A DNA stretch of 64,000 nt from Oxalobacteraceae bacterium (GCA_021768485.1 JAIZVZ010000008.1:8736-72735), one strand, 5' to 3'; positions 10,417 to 22,152 are shown, counted from the first letter of the stretch. Notes: generated by a model from the sequence alone, not told the origin. Translations and numbers: made by a program.

Positions 10417-10653
10417 GTGACAACCACCCCCGAACTGATCAAAAGCTATATCGCCGCCGGCCTCGATTGCAGCCATCTGGAAGTCGATGGCGATGGCCAG
10501 CATTTTAATGCCTTGATCGTCTCCAGCGCCTTTGCCGGCAAACGGCCGATTGCGCGCCACCAGCTGGTCTACGCGGCGCTCGGCGACCGCATGCGCGAAG
10601 AAATTCATGCGCTCTCGATGAAGACGCTGACTCCTGAAGAATTTGGAAAGTAA
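10417..10653 (+). CDS. ibaG: BolA/IbaG family protein (GTG start)
   Basis: 78 aa. GDGQHFNALIVSSAFAGK and HALSMKTLTPEE are BolA-like, and it sits immediately upstream of murA as in the E. coli mla-ibaG-murA order. Confidence 0.8.
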   Translation: MTTTPELIKSYIAAGLDCSHLEVDGDGQHFNALIVSSAFAGKRPIARHQLVYAALGDRMREEIHALSMKTLTPEEFGK

Positions 10654-11907
<1,254 letters not shown>

Positions 11908-11931
11908 AAATCAAGTTGGAAAGCAAATGAG

Positions 11932-12645
11932 ATGACGGCTTCAGATCAGCAAGTTTCCTTACAGCGTGCGCCGGACGACCAGGGCCTGGTGCTGGCGCTG
12001 TCGAAAGGCCGCATTTTCGAAGACACGCTGCCTTTGCTGGCGGCGGCCGGGATCGTCGTCAAGGACGACCCCGAGACCTCGCGCAAACTGATCCTCGAGA
12101 CCAACGATCCGCATGTGCGCGTGATCATCGTGCGCGCCTCGGACGTGCCGACCTATGTCCAGTACGGCGCGGCCGATTTCGGCGTGGCCGGCAAGGATGT
12201 CTTGCTCGAGCACGGCGGCGAAGGCCTGTACCAGCCGATCGATCTCAATATCGCGCAGTGCCGGATGTCGGTGGCGGTAAAAGCCGGCTTCGACTATGCA
12301 AGCGCGGTCAAGCAGGGCGCGCGCCTGCGCGTGGCGACCAAGTTCGTGCATACGGCGCGCCTGCATTTCGCCTCCAAGGGCGTGCACGTCGACCTCATCA
12401 AATTGTACGGTTCGATGGAACTGGCGCCGCTGGTCGGACTGTCGGATGCGATTGTCGATCTGGTCTCGACCGGCAGCACGCTGCGCGCCAACAACCTGGT
12501 CGAGGTCGAACAGATCATGGATATCTCGTCGCGTCTGGTGGTCAATCAGGCCGCGCTGAAGCTCAAGCGCGCGCGCCTGCAGACGATTATCGAAGCGTTC
12601 CGCGTCGCCTCGGCCCAGCGCGCGCTGCAAAATTCACAGGTGTAG
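11932..12645 (+). CDS. hisG: ATP phosphoribosyltransferase
   Basis: 237 aa. [28 protein letters not shown]. Confidence 0.93.
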   Translation: MTASDQQVSLQRAPDDQGLVLALSKGRIFEDTLPLLAAAGIVVKDDPETSRKLILETNDPHVRVIIVRASDVPTYVQYGAADFGVAGKDVLLEHGGEGLYQPIDLNIAQCRMSVAVKAGFDYASAVKQGARLRVATKFVHTARLHFASKGVHVDLIKLYGSMELAPLVGLSDAIVDLVSTGSTLRANNLVEVEQIMDISSRLVVNQAALKLKRARLQTIIEAFRVASAQRALQNSQV

Positions 12646-12646
12646 C

Positions 12647-13972
12647 ATGACAATTGAAATGCGCAAGCTCGATAGCCGCAATCCGCAATTTTCCCGGCAG
12701 CTTACTGCCTTGCTGGCCTTCGAGAGCAGTGCCGACGCCTTGCTGGAGTCGCGTGTGGCCGAGATCCTGGCCGACGTCAAATTGCGCGGCGACGCCGCCG
12801 TGCTCGATTACACGCGCCAGTTCGACCGCCTCGACGTCGGCGCCGCCACCACGCTTGAAGCCCTGACCATTCCGCCGGCGCGCCTGCAGGCCGCGCTCGA
12901 CGGCTTGAGTCCGGCCCGCCGCGCGGCGCTGCAGACGGCCGCCGACCGTGTGCGCCTGTATCACGAGCGGCAAAAGCAGGAATGCGGCTCGAACGGTTTT
13001 TCGTACACCGAGGCCGACGGCACCGTGCTGGGCCAGAAGGTGACGCCGCTCGACCGCGTCGGCCTGTATGTGCCGGGCGGCAAAGCGGCCTACCCGTCGT
13101 CGGTCCTGATGAATGCGATTCCGGCCAAAGTGGCCGGGGTGCGCGAAGTGGTGATGGTGGTGCCGACGCCGGACGGCGTGCAAAACGAGCTGGTGCTGGC
13201 GGCCGCCGCGATTGCCGGCGTCGACCGTGTGTTGACCATCGGCGGCGCGCAGGCGGTTGCCGCGCTGGCCTACGGCACGGCCAGCGTGGCCCAGGTCGAC
13301 AAGATCGTCGGCCCCGGCAATGCCTATGTGGCAGCCGCCAAGCGCCGCGTGTTCGGCACGGTCGGCATCGACATGATCGCCGGCCCGTCCGAAATCCTGA
13401 TTCTGTGCGACGGCAGTACCGATCCCGACTGGATCGCGATGGACCTGTTTTCGCAGGCCGAGCATGACGAGCTGGCGCAGTCTATCCTGCTGTGCCCCGA
13501 CGCCGCCTTTATCGCGCGGGTCGAGGCCAGTATCCAGAAACTGTTGCCGGACATGCCGCGCAAGGACGTCATTGCCAGCTCGCTGGGCGAGCGCGGGGCG
13601 CTGATCCAGGTGCGCGACATGGATGAGGCGTGCGCGATCGCCAACAGCATCGCCGCTGAACATCTGGAAATCTCGACCCTCGAGCCGCAGCAGTGGGCCG
13701 CCAAGATCCGGCACGCCGGCGCCATGTTCCTGGGCCGCTTTTCGTCGGAAGCGCTGGGCGACTATTGCTGCGGACCGAACCACGTGCTGCCGACTTCGCG
13801 CACGGCGCGCTTTTCCTCGCCGCTCGGGGTCTACGATTTCCAGAAGCGCTCGAGCGTGATCGAGGTCAGCGAAGCGGGTGCGCAGACGCTGGGCCGGGTT
13901 GCCGCCGAGCTGGCTTACGGCGAGGGGCTGCAGGCGCACGCGCGCAGCGCTGAAATGCGCCTGCGATCATGA
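12647..13972 (+). CDS. hisD: histidinol dehydrogenase
   Basis: 441 aa. [33 protein letters not shown]. Confidence 0.95.
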   Translation: MTIEMRKLDSRNPQFSRQLTALLAFESSADALLESRVAEILADVKLRGDAAVLDYTRQFDRLDVGAATTLEALTIPPARLQAALDGLSPARRAALQTAADRVRLYHERQKQECGSNGFSYTEADGTVLGQKVTPLDRVGLYVPGGKAAYPSSVLMNAIPAKVAGVREVVMVVPTPDGVQNELVLAAAAIAGVDRVLTIGGAQAVAALAYGTASVAQVDKIVGPGNAYVAAAKRRVFGTVGIDMIAGPSEILILCDGSTDPDWIAMDLFSQAEHDELAQSILLCPDAAFIARVEASIQKLLPDMPRKDVIASSLGERGALIQVRDMDEACAIANSIAAEHLEISTLEPQQWAAKIRHAGAMFLGRFSSEALGDYCCGPNHVLPTSRTARFSSPLGVYDFQKRSSVIEVSEAGAQTLGRVAAELAYGEGLQAHARSAEMRLRS

Positions 13973-13988
13973 TTAGCGGCGGCCGGCG

Positions 13989-14858
13989 ATGAGCCAATCC
14001 TGGCGCAACCGCATTTTTTGCGAAGATGCGATAGCAGGCCTGGCGCGCATCCCGGACGCCTCGATCGATTTGATCTTGACCGATCCGCCCTACAACCTGG
14101 GCAAGGATTACGGCAACGATTCGGACAAGCAGGGCATCGCCGCCTATCTGCAATGGACCGAGCAATGGATCGATGCCGCGCTGCCCAAGCTCAAGGCCAA
14201 CGGCAGCCTGTATATTTTTTTGACCTGGCGCTTTTGCCCGGAGATTTTTGTCATGCTCAAGCAGCGCCTGACGATGATGAATGAAATTATCTGGGACCGC
14301 CGGGTGCCCTCGATGGGCGGCAGCACGCGCAGCTACAGCTCGGTGCACGACACGATCGGTTTCTTCGTCAAGCGCAAGGATTATTACTTCGATCTCGACG
14401 CCATCCGCGTGCCCTACGACGCCGCCACCAAAAAGGCGCGTTCGCGCTCCATTTTCGTCGGCGCCAAGTGGCTCGAGCTTGGCTACAATCCGAAAGATCT
14501 GTGGAGCGTCTCGCGCCTGCACCGCGAACATCGCGAGCGCGCCGATCATCCGACCCAAAAGCCGCTCGAAATCATCGAGCGCATGATCAAGGCCTCGTGT
14601 CCGCCCGGCGGCATCGTGCTCGACCCCTTCATGGGCAGCGGCACGACGGCGGTCGCGGCCCGCCGCTGCGGTCGCGATTATGTCGGTTTCGAATTGAATG
14701 CCCCTTATTGCGAGGTGATTGCCGGCCGCCTGGCCGCGCTTGCTTCGCCGTCCGCGCCGCCTGCGCCGACCGCTCTCGCTGCAGCTGTAGCTATAACTGA
14801 GCCGGACGAGCCGAGCGATACGACGCGGGCGCAACCCGGCCCGCTGAGCCACATTTAA
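13989..14858 (+). CDS. beta-class (N6-adenine/N4-cytosine) DNA methyltransferase with no adjacent endonuclease gene
   Basis: Motif IV ([14 protein letters not shown]) lies N-terminal and motif I ([14 protein letters not shown]) lies C-terminal, which is the beta-class order. [14 protein letters not shown] is also present. Confidence 0.85.
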   Translation: MSQSWRNRIFCEDAIAGLARIPDASIDLILTDPPYNLGKDYGNDSDKQGIAAYLQWTEQWIDAALPKLKANGSLYIFLTWRFCPEIFVMLKQRLTMMNEIIWDRRVPSMGGSTRSYSSVHDTIGFFVKRKDYYFDLDAIRVPYDAATKKARSRSIFVGAKWLELGYNPKDLWSVSRLHREHRERADHPTQKPLEIIERMIKASCPPGGIVLDPFMGSGTTAVAARRCGRDYVGFELNAPYCEVIAGRLAALASPSAPPAPTALAAAVAITEPDEPSDTTRAQPGPLSHI

Positions 14859-14869
14859 CAGGGAAAGAC

Positions 14870-15955
14870 ATGTCATACCTCGATGCACTGCTAACCAAAA
14901 TCATTCGTCCCGAAGTGCGCGCCGTGGGCGCTTATCACGTGCCCGATGCCGCCGGCCTGGTCAAGCTCGATGCGATGGAAAATCCGTACACCTTGCCTCC
15001 GGCCTTGCGCGCCGAGCTTGGCGCGCGGCTGGCCGAGGTCGAGCTGAACCGCTATCCGGTGCCGTCTTACCGCGAGCTGAAAGCGCGCATCTGCGCCGGC
15101 TTCGAGGTGCCGGCCGGTTTTGACGTGGTGCTTGGCAATGGCTCGGATGAATTGATCTCGATGATTTCGATGGCTTGCGCGCGTCCCGGCGCGGTGGTGC
15201 TGGCGCCGTCGCCGGCCTTTGTCATGTATGGCGTCTCGGCCCAGTTTGCCGGCATGGAGTTTGTCGGCGTGCCGCTGCGCCAAGACTTCACGCTCGAGCT
15301 GCCGGCCATGCTGGCGGCGATCGCGCGCCATCAGCCGGCCGTGCTCTACCTGCCGTATCCGAACAACCCGACCGGCAATCTGTTCGACGCCGGCGAGATG
15401 GCCGCCATCATCGAGGCCATGGCCGGCATCGGCATTGTGGTGGTCGATGAAGCCTATCAACCGTTCGCGCTGGCGTCCTTCATGCCGCAACTGCCGCGTT
15501 ATCCTAACCTGGTCGTCATGCGCACGGTTTCGAAGATCGGCCTGGCCGGCATCCGCCTCGGTTATATGTCGGCGGCGCCGGCTTTGCTGGCCGAACTCGA
15601 CAAGATCCGGCCGCCCTATAATGTCAATGTGCTGACCCAGGCGGCGGCCTTGTTTGCGCTCGAGCACCTCGATGTGCTCAATGCGCAGGCGGCGCTGCTG
15701 CGCGAGGAGCGCACGCGGCTGGCGGCGCAGCTGGCCGAGATAGCCGGTGTCGAAGTTTTCCCATCGGCAGGCAATTTTTTCTTGCTGCGGGTGGCCAATG
15801 TCGATGCGGTTTGCGCAAAATTATTGGATCATCAAATCTTGGTCAAGAATTTCGGTAAAATGCATGCATTATTGGCAAATTGCCTGCGCGTGACAGTCAG
15901 CACGCCCGAGGAAAATGCCTTGTTTGTGGCGGCGCTGCGGCGCGCTGTCGGCTGA
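14870..15955 (+). CDS. hisC: histidinol-phosphate aminotransferase
   Basis: 361 aa. [16 protein letters not shown], and the PLP lysine context [15 protein letters not shown]. Confidence 0.93.
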   Translation: MSYLDALLTKIIRPEVRAVGAYHVPDAAGLVKLDAMENPYTLPPALRAELGARLAEVELNRYPVPSYRELKARICAGFEVPAGFDVVLGNGSDELISMISMACARPGAVVLAPSPAFVMYGVSAQFAGMEFVGVPLRQDFTLELPAMLAAIARHQPAVLYLPYPNNPTGNLFDAGEMAAIIEAMAGIGIVVVDEAYQPFALASFMPQLPRYPNLVVMRTVSKIGLAGIRLGYMSAAPALLAELDKIRPPYNVNVLTQAAALFALEHLDVLNAQAALLREERTRLAAQLAEIAGVEVFPSAGNFFLLRVANVDAVCAKLLDHQILVKNFGKMHALLANCLRVTVSTPEENALFVAALRRAVG

Positions 15956-16036
15956 AACGGCGGGCGGGCATGCTGAAGCCTGCTTGCAGGCTGCGGCGGC
16001 CGTTTGCCTGTGCTTTGCCGCATTGTCGTTCGGCCG

Positions 16037-16081
16037 CTGTTGTTTGCACTGTTGTTTGCGCTGTCGTTTGCGCTGTTGTTT
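16037..16081 (+). repeat. 12-nt tandem repeat CTGTTGTTTGCR, about 3.75 copies, in the hisC-hisB spacer
   Basis: Read directly: ctgttgtttgca / ctgttgtttgcg / ctgtcgtttgcg / ctgttgttt. Confidence 0.9.
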
Positions 16082-16163
16082 AAAATATCGTCGTCTGTAA
16101 CACCGTCGTTTGAAGCAAGGCCGCAGTCTATACCAATCGTACGCACTTATTGAACTGGTTCCC

Positions 16164-16760
16164 ATGAGCACGCCACGCACCGCACTCGTTTGCCGCAATA
16201 CCAACGAAACCCAGATCCGGGTCGCCATCAATCTTGACGGTACCGGCGTGCAGAAATTGCATACGGGCGTGCCGTTTCTCGACCATATGCTGGACCAGAT
16301 CGCGCGTCACGGCCTGATCGACATCGAAGTCGAGGCGGTCGGCGATTTGCATATCGATGCCCATCACACGGTGGAAGACGTCGGCATCACGCTCGGCCAG
16401 GCCTTTGCCCAGGCCCTCGGTGACAAGCGCGGCGTGCGCCGTTACGGCCATGCCTATGTGCCGCTCGACGAGGCATTGTCGCGGGTCGTGGTCGATTGTT
16501 CGGGGCGTCCCGGCCTGCAATTTCATGTCGCGTTCTCGCGGGCGATGATAGGCCAGTTCGATGTCGATCTGGTTCAGGAATTTTTTCAGGGTTTCGTCAA
16601 TCACGCCCTGGTTTCACTGCATATCGACAATCTGCGCGGCAGCAATGCCCATCACCAGTGCGAAACCGTGTTCAAGGCCTTTGGCCGGGCGCTGCGCATG
16701 GCGTGCGAAATGGACCCGCGCGCCGCGCACAGCATTCCATCGACCAAGGGCAGCCTGTAA
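16164..16760 (+). CDS. hisB: imidazoleglycerol-phosphate dehydratase
   Basis: [38 protein letters not shown] and [15 protein letters not shown]. The internal ATG at 16164 fits the family N-terminus. Confidence 0.93.
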   Translation: MSTPRTALVCRNTNETQIRVAINLDGTGVQKLHTGVPFLDHMLDQIARHGLIDIEVEAVGDLHIDAHHTVEDVGITLGQAFAQALGDKRGVRRYGHAYVPLDEALSRVVVDCSGRPGLQFHVAFSRAMIGQFDVDLVQEFFQGFVNHALVSLHIDNLRGSNAHHQCETVFKAFGRALRMACEMDPRAAHSIPSTKGSL

Positions 16761-16795
16761 AACGCGGACCAGTGCCACGAATGCGCGGCGCGCTG

Positions 16796-16860
16796 CAGTC
16801 ATGAATCACAATCATGAACCACAGTCATGAACCACAGTCATAAATTACAGTCATGAATAA
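16796..16860 (+). repeat. 13-nt tandem repeat CAGTCATGAACCA, 5 copies; the last copy contains the hisH start codon
   Basis: Units at 16796, 16809, 16822, 16835 and 16848. ATGs at 16801, 16814, 16827 and 16853; ATA at 16840. Confidence 0.9.
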
Positions 16861-17506
16861 AATAGTAGTAGTCGATTACGGCATGGGCAATCTGCGCTCG
16901 GTGGCCCAGGCCTTGCGGGCGGTTGCGCCCGAAGCCGACGTTCTGGTGTCTGCCGAGGTCGCCGATCTCGAGCGCGCCGACCGCATTGTCTTGCCGGGGC
17001 AGGGCGCCATGTTCGACTGCATGCGCTGTCTGCGCGAATCGGGCTTGCAGGAAGCCTTGCTGAAGGCGGCGCGCGCCAAACCCTTGCTGGGCGTCTGTAT
17101 CGGCGAGCAAATGCTGTTCGATTCCAGCGAGGAAGGCGTGGACGGCGCCGTGACGCCGGGGTTGGGTTTGCTCCCAGGAAAAGTTGTTCGTTTTCAACTT
17201 GAAGGCCAGTTGCAAGCCGACGGTTCGCGTTTCAAGGTGCCGCAAATGGGCTGGAACCAGGTGCAGCAAACGCAGCCTCACGTTTTGTGGGACAGTATCG
17301 ATAACGACAGCTATTTTTATTTCGTTCACAGTTATTATGCGCAACCCGAACAGCAGGCCCATACGGTAGGCTCGACCGTTTATGGCGCCGCGTTTTCGTG
17401 TGCGGTGGCGCGCGATAATATTTTTGCGACGCAGTTTCATCCCGAAAAAAGCGCCAGCGCCGGTTTGCAGTTATATAAGAATTTCGTGCACTGGAATCCG
17501 TCCTAA
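16853..17506 (+). CDS. hisH: imidazole glycerol phosphate synthase, glutamine amidotransferase subunit
   Basis: 217 aa. [24 protein letters not shown] (catalytic Cys), ATQFHPEKS. Confidence 0.93.
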   Translation: MNKIVVVDYGMGNLRSVAQALRAVAPEADVLVSAEVADLERADRIVLPGQGAMFDCMRCLRESGLQEALLKAARAKPLLGVCIGEQMLFDSSEEGVDGAVTPGLGLLPGKVVRFQLEGQLQADGSRFKVPQMGWNQVQQTQPHVLWDSIDNDSYFYFVHSYYAQPEQQAHTVGSTVYGAAFSCAVARDNIFATQFHPEKSASAGLQLYKNFVHWNPS

Positions 17507-17523
17507 CCCGGGACGGACTTTTT
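17497..17523 (+). terminator. terminator-like hairpin plus T-run spanning the hisH stop codon
   Basis: TCCGTCC (17497-17503), loop TAACCCG containing the TAA stop, GGACGGA (17511-17517), then CTTTTTA. Confidence 0.35.
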
Positions 17524-17604
17524 ACGACAGAAATTTGTACTTGTACTACTGGAATTTGCAATCTCTTTTGGCCCCCTTATCAACTTAACGCGACCACATC
17601 CATC

Positions 17605-18438
17605 ATGCTGCTAATTCCTGCCATTGACCTCAAAGACGGCCATTGCGTACGCCTCAAACAAGGCGACATGGACCTTGCGACCGTGTTTTCCGACGATCCG
17701 GCCGAGATGGCGCGATCGTGGCTGGCCCAGGGCGCGCGCCGCCTGCATCTGGTCGACTTGAACGGCGCGTTTGCCGGCAAGCCGAAAAACGAAGCGGCGG
17801 TCAAGGCCATTCTCAAGGTCGTGCAAGAATTTGCCGTGGCCAACGACATCGAGGAAATTCCGGTGCAACTGGGCGGCGGCATCCGCGATCTCGATACGAT
17901 CGAACGCTATCTCGATCTGGGGCTGTCCTACATCATCATCGGCACCGCCGCCGTCAAAAGCCCGGGCTTTCTGCACGATGCCTGCGGCGCTTTTCCCGGC
18001 CACATCATCGTCGGCCTCGACGCCAAGGACGGCAAGGTGGCCACCGATGGCTGGAGCAAATTGTCGGGCCACGAAGTGGTCGATCTGGCCAAAAAATTCG
18101 AAGCCTACGGGGTCGAGGCCATCATCTATACCGATATCGGCCGTGACGGCATGATGGGCGGCGTCAATATCGAGGCCACCGTCAAGCTGGCGCAGGCCGT
18201 CAAGATTCCGATCTTCGCCTCCGGCGGCGTGCACGACATCAAGGATGTCGAAGCATTGTGCGCGGTGCAGGATGAAGGCATTGCCGGCGTCATTTGCGGG
18301 CGTTCGATTTATGAAGGCACGCTCGATCTGGCCAGTGCCCAGCTGCGCGCCGACGAACTGAGCGGCGAACTCGGTGCTGACGCGCCTGGCGGCGCCGACG
18401 ACGAGGCCGACGACGGCGCCGCGCCGGCCGTGAAATAG
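17605..18438 (+). CDS. hisA: 1-(5-phosphoribosyl)-5-[(5-phosphoribosylamino)methylideneamino]imidazole-4-carboxamide isomerase, with an acidic C-terminal tail
   Basis: [37 protein letters not shown]. About 30 extra residues are rich in Asp, Glu, Ala and Gly. Confidence 0.93.
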   Translation: MLLIPAIDLKDGHCVRLKQGDMDLATVFSDDPAEMARSWLAQGARRLHLVDLNGAFAGKPKNEAAVKAILKVVQEFAVANDIEEIPVQLGGGIRDLDTIERYLDLGLSYIIIGTAAVKSPGFLHDACGAFPGHIIVGLDAKDGKVATDGWSKLSGHEVVDLAKKFEAYGVEAIIYTDIGRDGMMGGVNIEATVKLAQAVKIPIFASGGVHDIKDVEALCAVQDEGIAGVICGRSIYEGTLDLASAQLRADELSGELGADAPGGADDEADDGAAPAVK

Positions 18439-18489
18439 AAGCAAAATAAAAAGCCGGCGCTGGTCCGGCATCCATTTTCGATTGAATTT

Positions 18490-19257
18490 ATGCTCGCAAA
18501 ACGCATCATCCCCTGCCTCGACGTGACCAACGGCCGCGTCGTCAAGGGCGTCAACTTCACCGAATTGCGCGACGCCGGCGATCCGGTCGAGATCGCCCGC
18601 CGCTACGACGAACAGGGCGCCGATGAAATCACTTTTCTCGACATTACGGCCTCGTCCGACAAGCGCGACCTGATTTTGCACATCATCGAGGCGGTGGCCT
18701 CGCAAGTATTCATTCCGCTGACCGTTGGCGGCGGCGTGCGCGTGGTCGACGATGTGCGCCGCCTGCTCAATGCCGGCGCCGACAAGGTCAGCATCAACAC
18801 CTCGGCCGTGACCAATCCGCAACTGGTGTTCGATTGCGCGCAAAAGCATGGTTCGCAGTGCATCGTGGTGGCGATCGATGCCAAGTGCGTGGCACCCGGC
18901 AAATGGGAAGTCTTTACGCATGGCGGGCGCACGGCGACCGGCCTCGATGCCGTCGAATGGGCGCAAAACATGCAGCGCCTGGGCGCCGGCGAGATCTTAT
19001 TGACCAGCATGGACCGCGACGGCACCAAGGTCGGCTTCGACCTCGACCTGACGCGCGCGGTCTCGGACGCGGTGATGATTCCGGTGATCGCCTCGGGCGG
19101 CGTCGGCAGCCTGCAGGATCTGGCCGACGGCATCAAGCTCGGCCATGCCGATGCGGTACTGGCCGCCAGCATCTTTCACTATGGCCAGCACACGGTGCAG
19201 GAAGCGAAACGCCATCTGGCCGCGCAAGGCATTCCGATGCGACTGGAGAAGGCATGA
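18490..19257 (+). CDS. hisF: imidazole glycerol phosphate synthase, cyclase subunit
   Basis: 255 aa. [40 protein letters not shown]. Confidence 0.95.
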   Translation: MLAKRIIPCLDVTNGRVVKGVNFTELRDAGDPVEIARRYDEQGADEITFLDITASSDKRDLILHIIEAVASQVFIPLTVGGGVRVVDDVRRLLNAGADKVSINTSAVTNPQLVFDCAQKHGSQCIVVAIDAKCVAPGKWEVFTHGGRTATGLDAVEWAQNMQRLGAGEILLTSMDRDGTKVGFDLDLTRAVSDAVMIPVIASGGVGSLQDLADGIKLGHADAVLAASIFHYGQHTVQEAKRHLAAQGIPMRLEKA

Positions 19258-19694
19258 CGACCGATAGCCATGGCGGCGCGCCCGGCAAATCAGGTACGGG
19301 CTTCAGCGATGCCTGGCTCGACGCCATCAAATGGGACCGCGATGGCCTGGTGCCGGTGATTGCGCAGGAAGCCGGCAGCGGCGACGTGGTCATGTTTGCC
19401 TGGATGAACCGCGAAGCGCTGCAGCAGACCGCCAGCCTGCGCCAGGCTGTGTATTGGAGCCGTTCGCGCAACAGGCTGTGGCACAAGGGGGAAGAATCGG
19501 GGCATATCCAGCAGGTGCAAGACATTGCCATCGATTGCGATGCCGATGTGGTCTTGCTGAAAATCGTGCAAGTGGGCGGCATCGCCTGCCATACCGGTCG
19601 CCATTCATGTTTTTTCCGCTCGCTCGACGCTGCCGGCAATTGGCAGGTGACGGCGCCGGTCTTGCAGGATCCGGCCACTATTTACAAAAAGTAA
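19254..19694 (+). CDS. hisI: phosphoribosyl-AMP cyclohydrolase
   Basis: [48 protein letters not shown]. Its ATG overlaps the hisF TGA (ATGA). Confidence 0.9.
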   Translation: MTTDSHGGAPGKSGTGFSDAWLDAIKWDRDGLVPVIAQEAGSGDVVMFAWMNREALQQTASLRQAVYWSRSRNRLWHKGEESGHIQQVQDIAIDCDADVVLLKIVQVGGIACHTGRHSCFFRSLDAAGNWQVTAPVLQDPATIYKK

Positions 19695-19753
19695 TGAGAT
19701 CACACCATGAAAAGAAGTAATCGGGACATGCGTCGACAATGGGGGCCGCGGCC

Positions 19754-20092
19754 ATGAGCGATACCTTGCAAAGGCTGGCCCAGATCATCGAATCGCGCAA
19801 GCTGGCCAATGGCGGCGATCCGGCGACCTCGTATGTCGCCAAATTGTTTGCCAAGGGCGATGATGCGATTTTGAAGAAGATCGGCGAAGAAGCGACTGAA
19901 ATGGTGATGGCGGCCAAGGATGCGCGCTATCAGGGCGAACGCGCCAAAGTCGTCTACGAATGCGCCGACCTGTGGTTTCATTCGATGGTCATGCTGGCCC
20001 AGCTCGACCTGTCGCCGCAAGACGTGCTCGATGAGCTGGCGCGGCGCGAAGGCTTGTCGGGGCTGGCCGAAAAAGCTGCCCGCCGCGAATGA
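19754..20092 (+). CDS. hisE: phosphoribosyl-ATP pyrophosphatase
   Basis: [24 protein letters not shown] and [13 protein letters not shown]. An ATG at 19739 is an alternative start. Confidence 0.88.
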   Translation: MSDTLQRLAQIIESRKLANGGDPATSYVAKLFAKGDDAILKKIGEEATEMVMAAKDARYQGERAKVVYECADLWFHSMVMLAQLDLSPQDVLDELARREGLSGLAEKAARRE

Positions 20093-20129
20093 ACAACGCC
20101 GAGTTTGTGTTTTTACAATAAGGAAAATC

Positions 20130-20510
20130 ATGACAGATTGTATTTTTTGCAAAATCGCAGCGAAACAAATTCCGTCCCAGGCGATCTATGAAGATGAGGA
20201 CGTGCTGGCGTTCAAGGACATCAATCCGGCCGCCCCCGTGCATTTCCTGATTATTCCGAAGCAGCATGTCGCCACGCTGTCGCAGTGCGATGCGAGCCAT
20301 ACGGCTATTTTGGGAAAAATGTTGTCTCTTGTGCCAAAATTGGCGCAGGAGCAGGGATGCGGCGTTGCCGTCGACGCTGCCGGCGCCGCCGCCGGCGGTT
20401 ATAAAACGCTGATCAATAGCGGGCCCGACGGCGGGCAAGAGGTGTACCATTTGCACTTGCATGTGATCGGCGGCCCGCATCCGTGGCGTGGGCAGCGCTC
20501 GCCGCTGTAA
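20130..20510 (+). CDS. HIT (histidine triad) family protein
   Basis: CIFCKIAAKQIPS and the triad HLHLHVIGG. The ATG at 20130 is preceded by AAGGAAA. Confidence 0.85.
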   Translation: MTDCIFCKIAAKQIPSQAIYEDEDVLAFKDINPAAPVHFLIIPKQHVATLSQCDASHTAILGKMLSLVPKLAQEQGCGVAVDAAGAAAGGYKTLINSGPDGGQEVYHLHLHVIGGPHPWRGQRSPL

Positions 20511-20671
20511 ATGGGCGACAGATCGGCAGGCAGATACGTTTGATCGATGCGTCTGATAGATGCACGGCAAGCAAAAAGCGGTAAGATGTCTTGCTAGGGT
20601 AGCGCTTTGGCGGCATGCATATGGCCGCAATTGAAATTCGGGACACAAGCTTGGTCCCCAAGGAGAAAATA

Positions 20672-20890
20672 ATGGGTTCACTCAGTATCTGGCACTGGTT
20701 AATTGTCTTGGTTATCGTGATGCTGGTATTTGGCACCAAGAAGCTCGGCAATATGGGCGAAGACATCGGCAAGGCCGTCAAGGGCTTCAAGGACGGCGTC
20801 AAGGGCGAGGATGAAAAAAAGCCGGCGCCGGCGAATCTGGCCGATAAGTCGACCATCGACGTCGAAACGAAAGAGAAGACCCGGCCTTGA
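20672..20890 (+). CDS. tatA: twin-arginine translocase subunit TatA
   Basis: [45 protein letters not shown] lies upstream of the ATG at 20672. Confidence 0.9.
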   Translation: MGSLSIWHWLIVLVIVMLVFGTKKLGNMGEDIGKAVKGFKDGVKGEDEKKPAPANLADKSTIDVETKEKTRP

Positions 20891-21390
20891 TCGATCTCGG
20901 CTTAACCAAGCTGGCGCTGATCGGCGTCGTTGCGCTGGTCGTCATCGGTCCGGAAAAGCTGCCGAAAGTGGCGCGTACGCTCGGTTCGCTGTATGGCCGG
21001 GCGCAGCGCTACATCAACGACGTCAAGTCCGAAGTAAGCCGCGACATGGAGCTCGACGAGTTGCGCAAGATGCAGCAGGATGTGCAAGACGCTGCGCACG
21101 ACCTCGGCAACACGATCGCCAAGAATCTCGAGCAGACGCGCGACGAATTGCATTCGGCGTGGGATGACGGCATGCCGGCGCGCAGCGAGGCGCACGTGGA
21201 CGGCTTTCGCGCCGACGGCCAGGCGCAGCGCGGCAAGGCGCGCGATTTTCGCCGCAAAAAACTGCTGCGCACGGCTGCCGTGCCAGTCTGGTACAAGCAA
21301 CAGCATGGCGGCAAGAGCCGCGTCATTTCGGCCGCCGCACGGGTCGCCCGCTATCGCCCCGGCAACAAGGCAAAGGCATCGTTTTTTTAG
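20887..21390 (+). CDS. tatB: twin-arginine translocase subunit TatB (TTG start overlapping the tatA stop)
   Basis: [33 protein letters not shown]. Confidence 0.85.
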   Translation: MIDLGLTKLALIGVVALVVIGPEKLPKVARTLGSLYGRAQRYINDVKSEVSRDMELDELRKMQQDVQDAAHDLGNTIAKNLEQTRDELHSAWDDGMPARSEAHVDGFRADGQAQRGKARDFRRKKLLRTAAVPVWYKQQHGGKSRVISAAARVARYRPGNKAKASFF

Positions 21391-21396
21391 ACCTCA

Positions 21397-22152
21397 ATGA
21401 GCGACCACGACTCCCCCCGACCGGAAGATAGCTTTATTTCGCATTTGATCGAGCTGCGCGACCGCCTGATGAAGGCGTGCATCGGCATCGGCGTCGTCTG
21501 CGTGATCCTGTTCATCTGGCCCGGTCCGCCGCGCATCTATGATTTTCTGGCCGCGCCGATGATGGCCTCGTTGCCGGCCGGCGCCAAAATGATCGCCACC
21601 GGCGTGACCTCGCCATTTCTGGTGCCGATGAAGGTCACGCTGCTGCTGGCCTTTATCCTGGCCCTGCCGTGGGTCCTGTACCAGATCTGGGCGTTCGTCG
21701 CGCCAGGCCTGTATGCGCATGAAAAACGGCTGGTGCTGCCGCTGGTGCTGTCGTCGTCGCTGCTGTTCGTCGGCGGCGTCGCCTTCAGCTATCTGCTGGT
21801 GTTTGGCCGGGTTTTCAAATTCATCAATGAATTCGCGCCGACCTCGATCACGGTCGCGCCCGACATCGAGAACTATCTCGATTTCGTCATCACCATGTGC
21901 CTGGCTTTCGGTACGGCCTTCGAGGTGCCGGTGGTGGTGGTGGTGCTGGTGCGCATTGGCGTGGTCAGCCTGGAAAAACTGAAGTCGGTCCGGCGCTATG
22001 TGATCGTGGGCGCTTTCGTGATCGCCGCCATCGTCACGCCGCCCGATGTCGTCAGCCAGTTTTCGCTGGCCGTGCCGATGTGCCTGCTGTATGAGCTGGG
22101 CCTGCTGCTGGCGCCGGTCTTTGTCAACGCGACCCGCAATCCCGAGGCCTGA
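21397..22152 (+). CDS. tatC: twin-arginine translocase subunit TatC
   Basis: 251 aa. HLIELRDRL, six transmembrane segments, VTPPDVVSQ. Confidence 0.93.
   Translation: MSDHDSPRPEDSFISHLIELRDRLMKACIGIGVVCVILFIWPGPPRIYDFLAAPMMASLPAGAKMIATGVTSPFLVPMKVTLLLAFILALPWVLYQIWAFVAPGLYAHEKRLVLPLVLSSSLLFVGGVAFSYLLVFGRVFKFINEFAPTSITVAPDIENYLDFVITMCLAFGTAFEVPVVVVVLVRIGVVSLEKLKSVRRYVIVGAFVIAAIVTPPDVVSQFSLAVPMCLLYELGLLLAPVFVNATRNPEA

Noticed and set aside
13989-14858. Methyltransferase considered as part of a mobile element or R-M island
   Set aside because: I saw no integrase, transposase, flanking direct repeats, tRNA or endonuclease gene. Spacing to hisD and hisC is operon-like, and composition looks like the neighbours.
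17611-18966. 451-aa ORF antisense to hisA and hisF
   Set aside because: It overlaps two clearly identified his genes. It has no motifs and is an antisense artefact of GC-rich codon usage.
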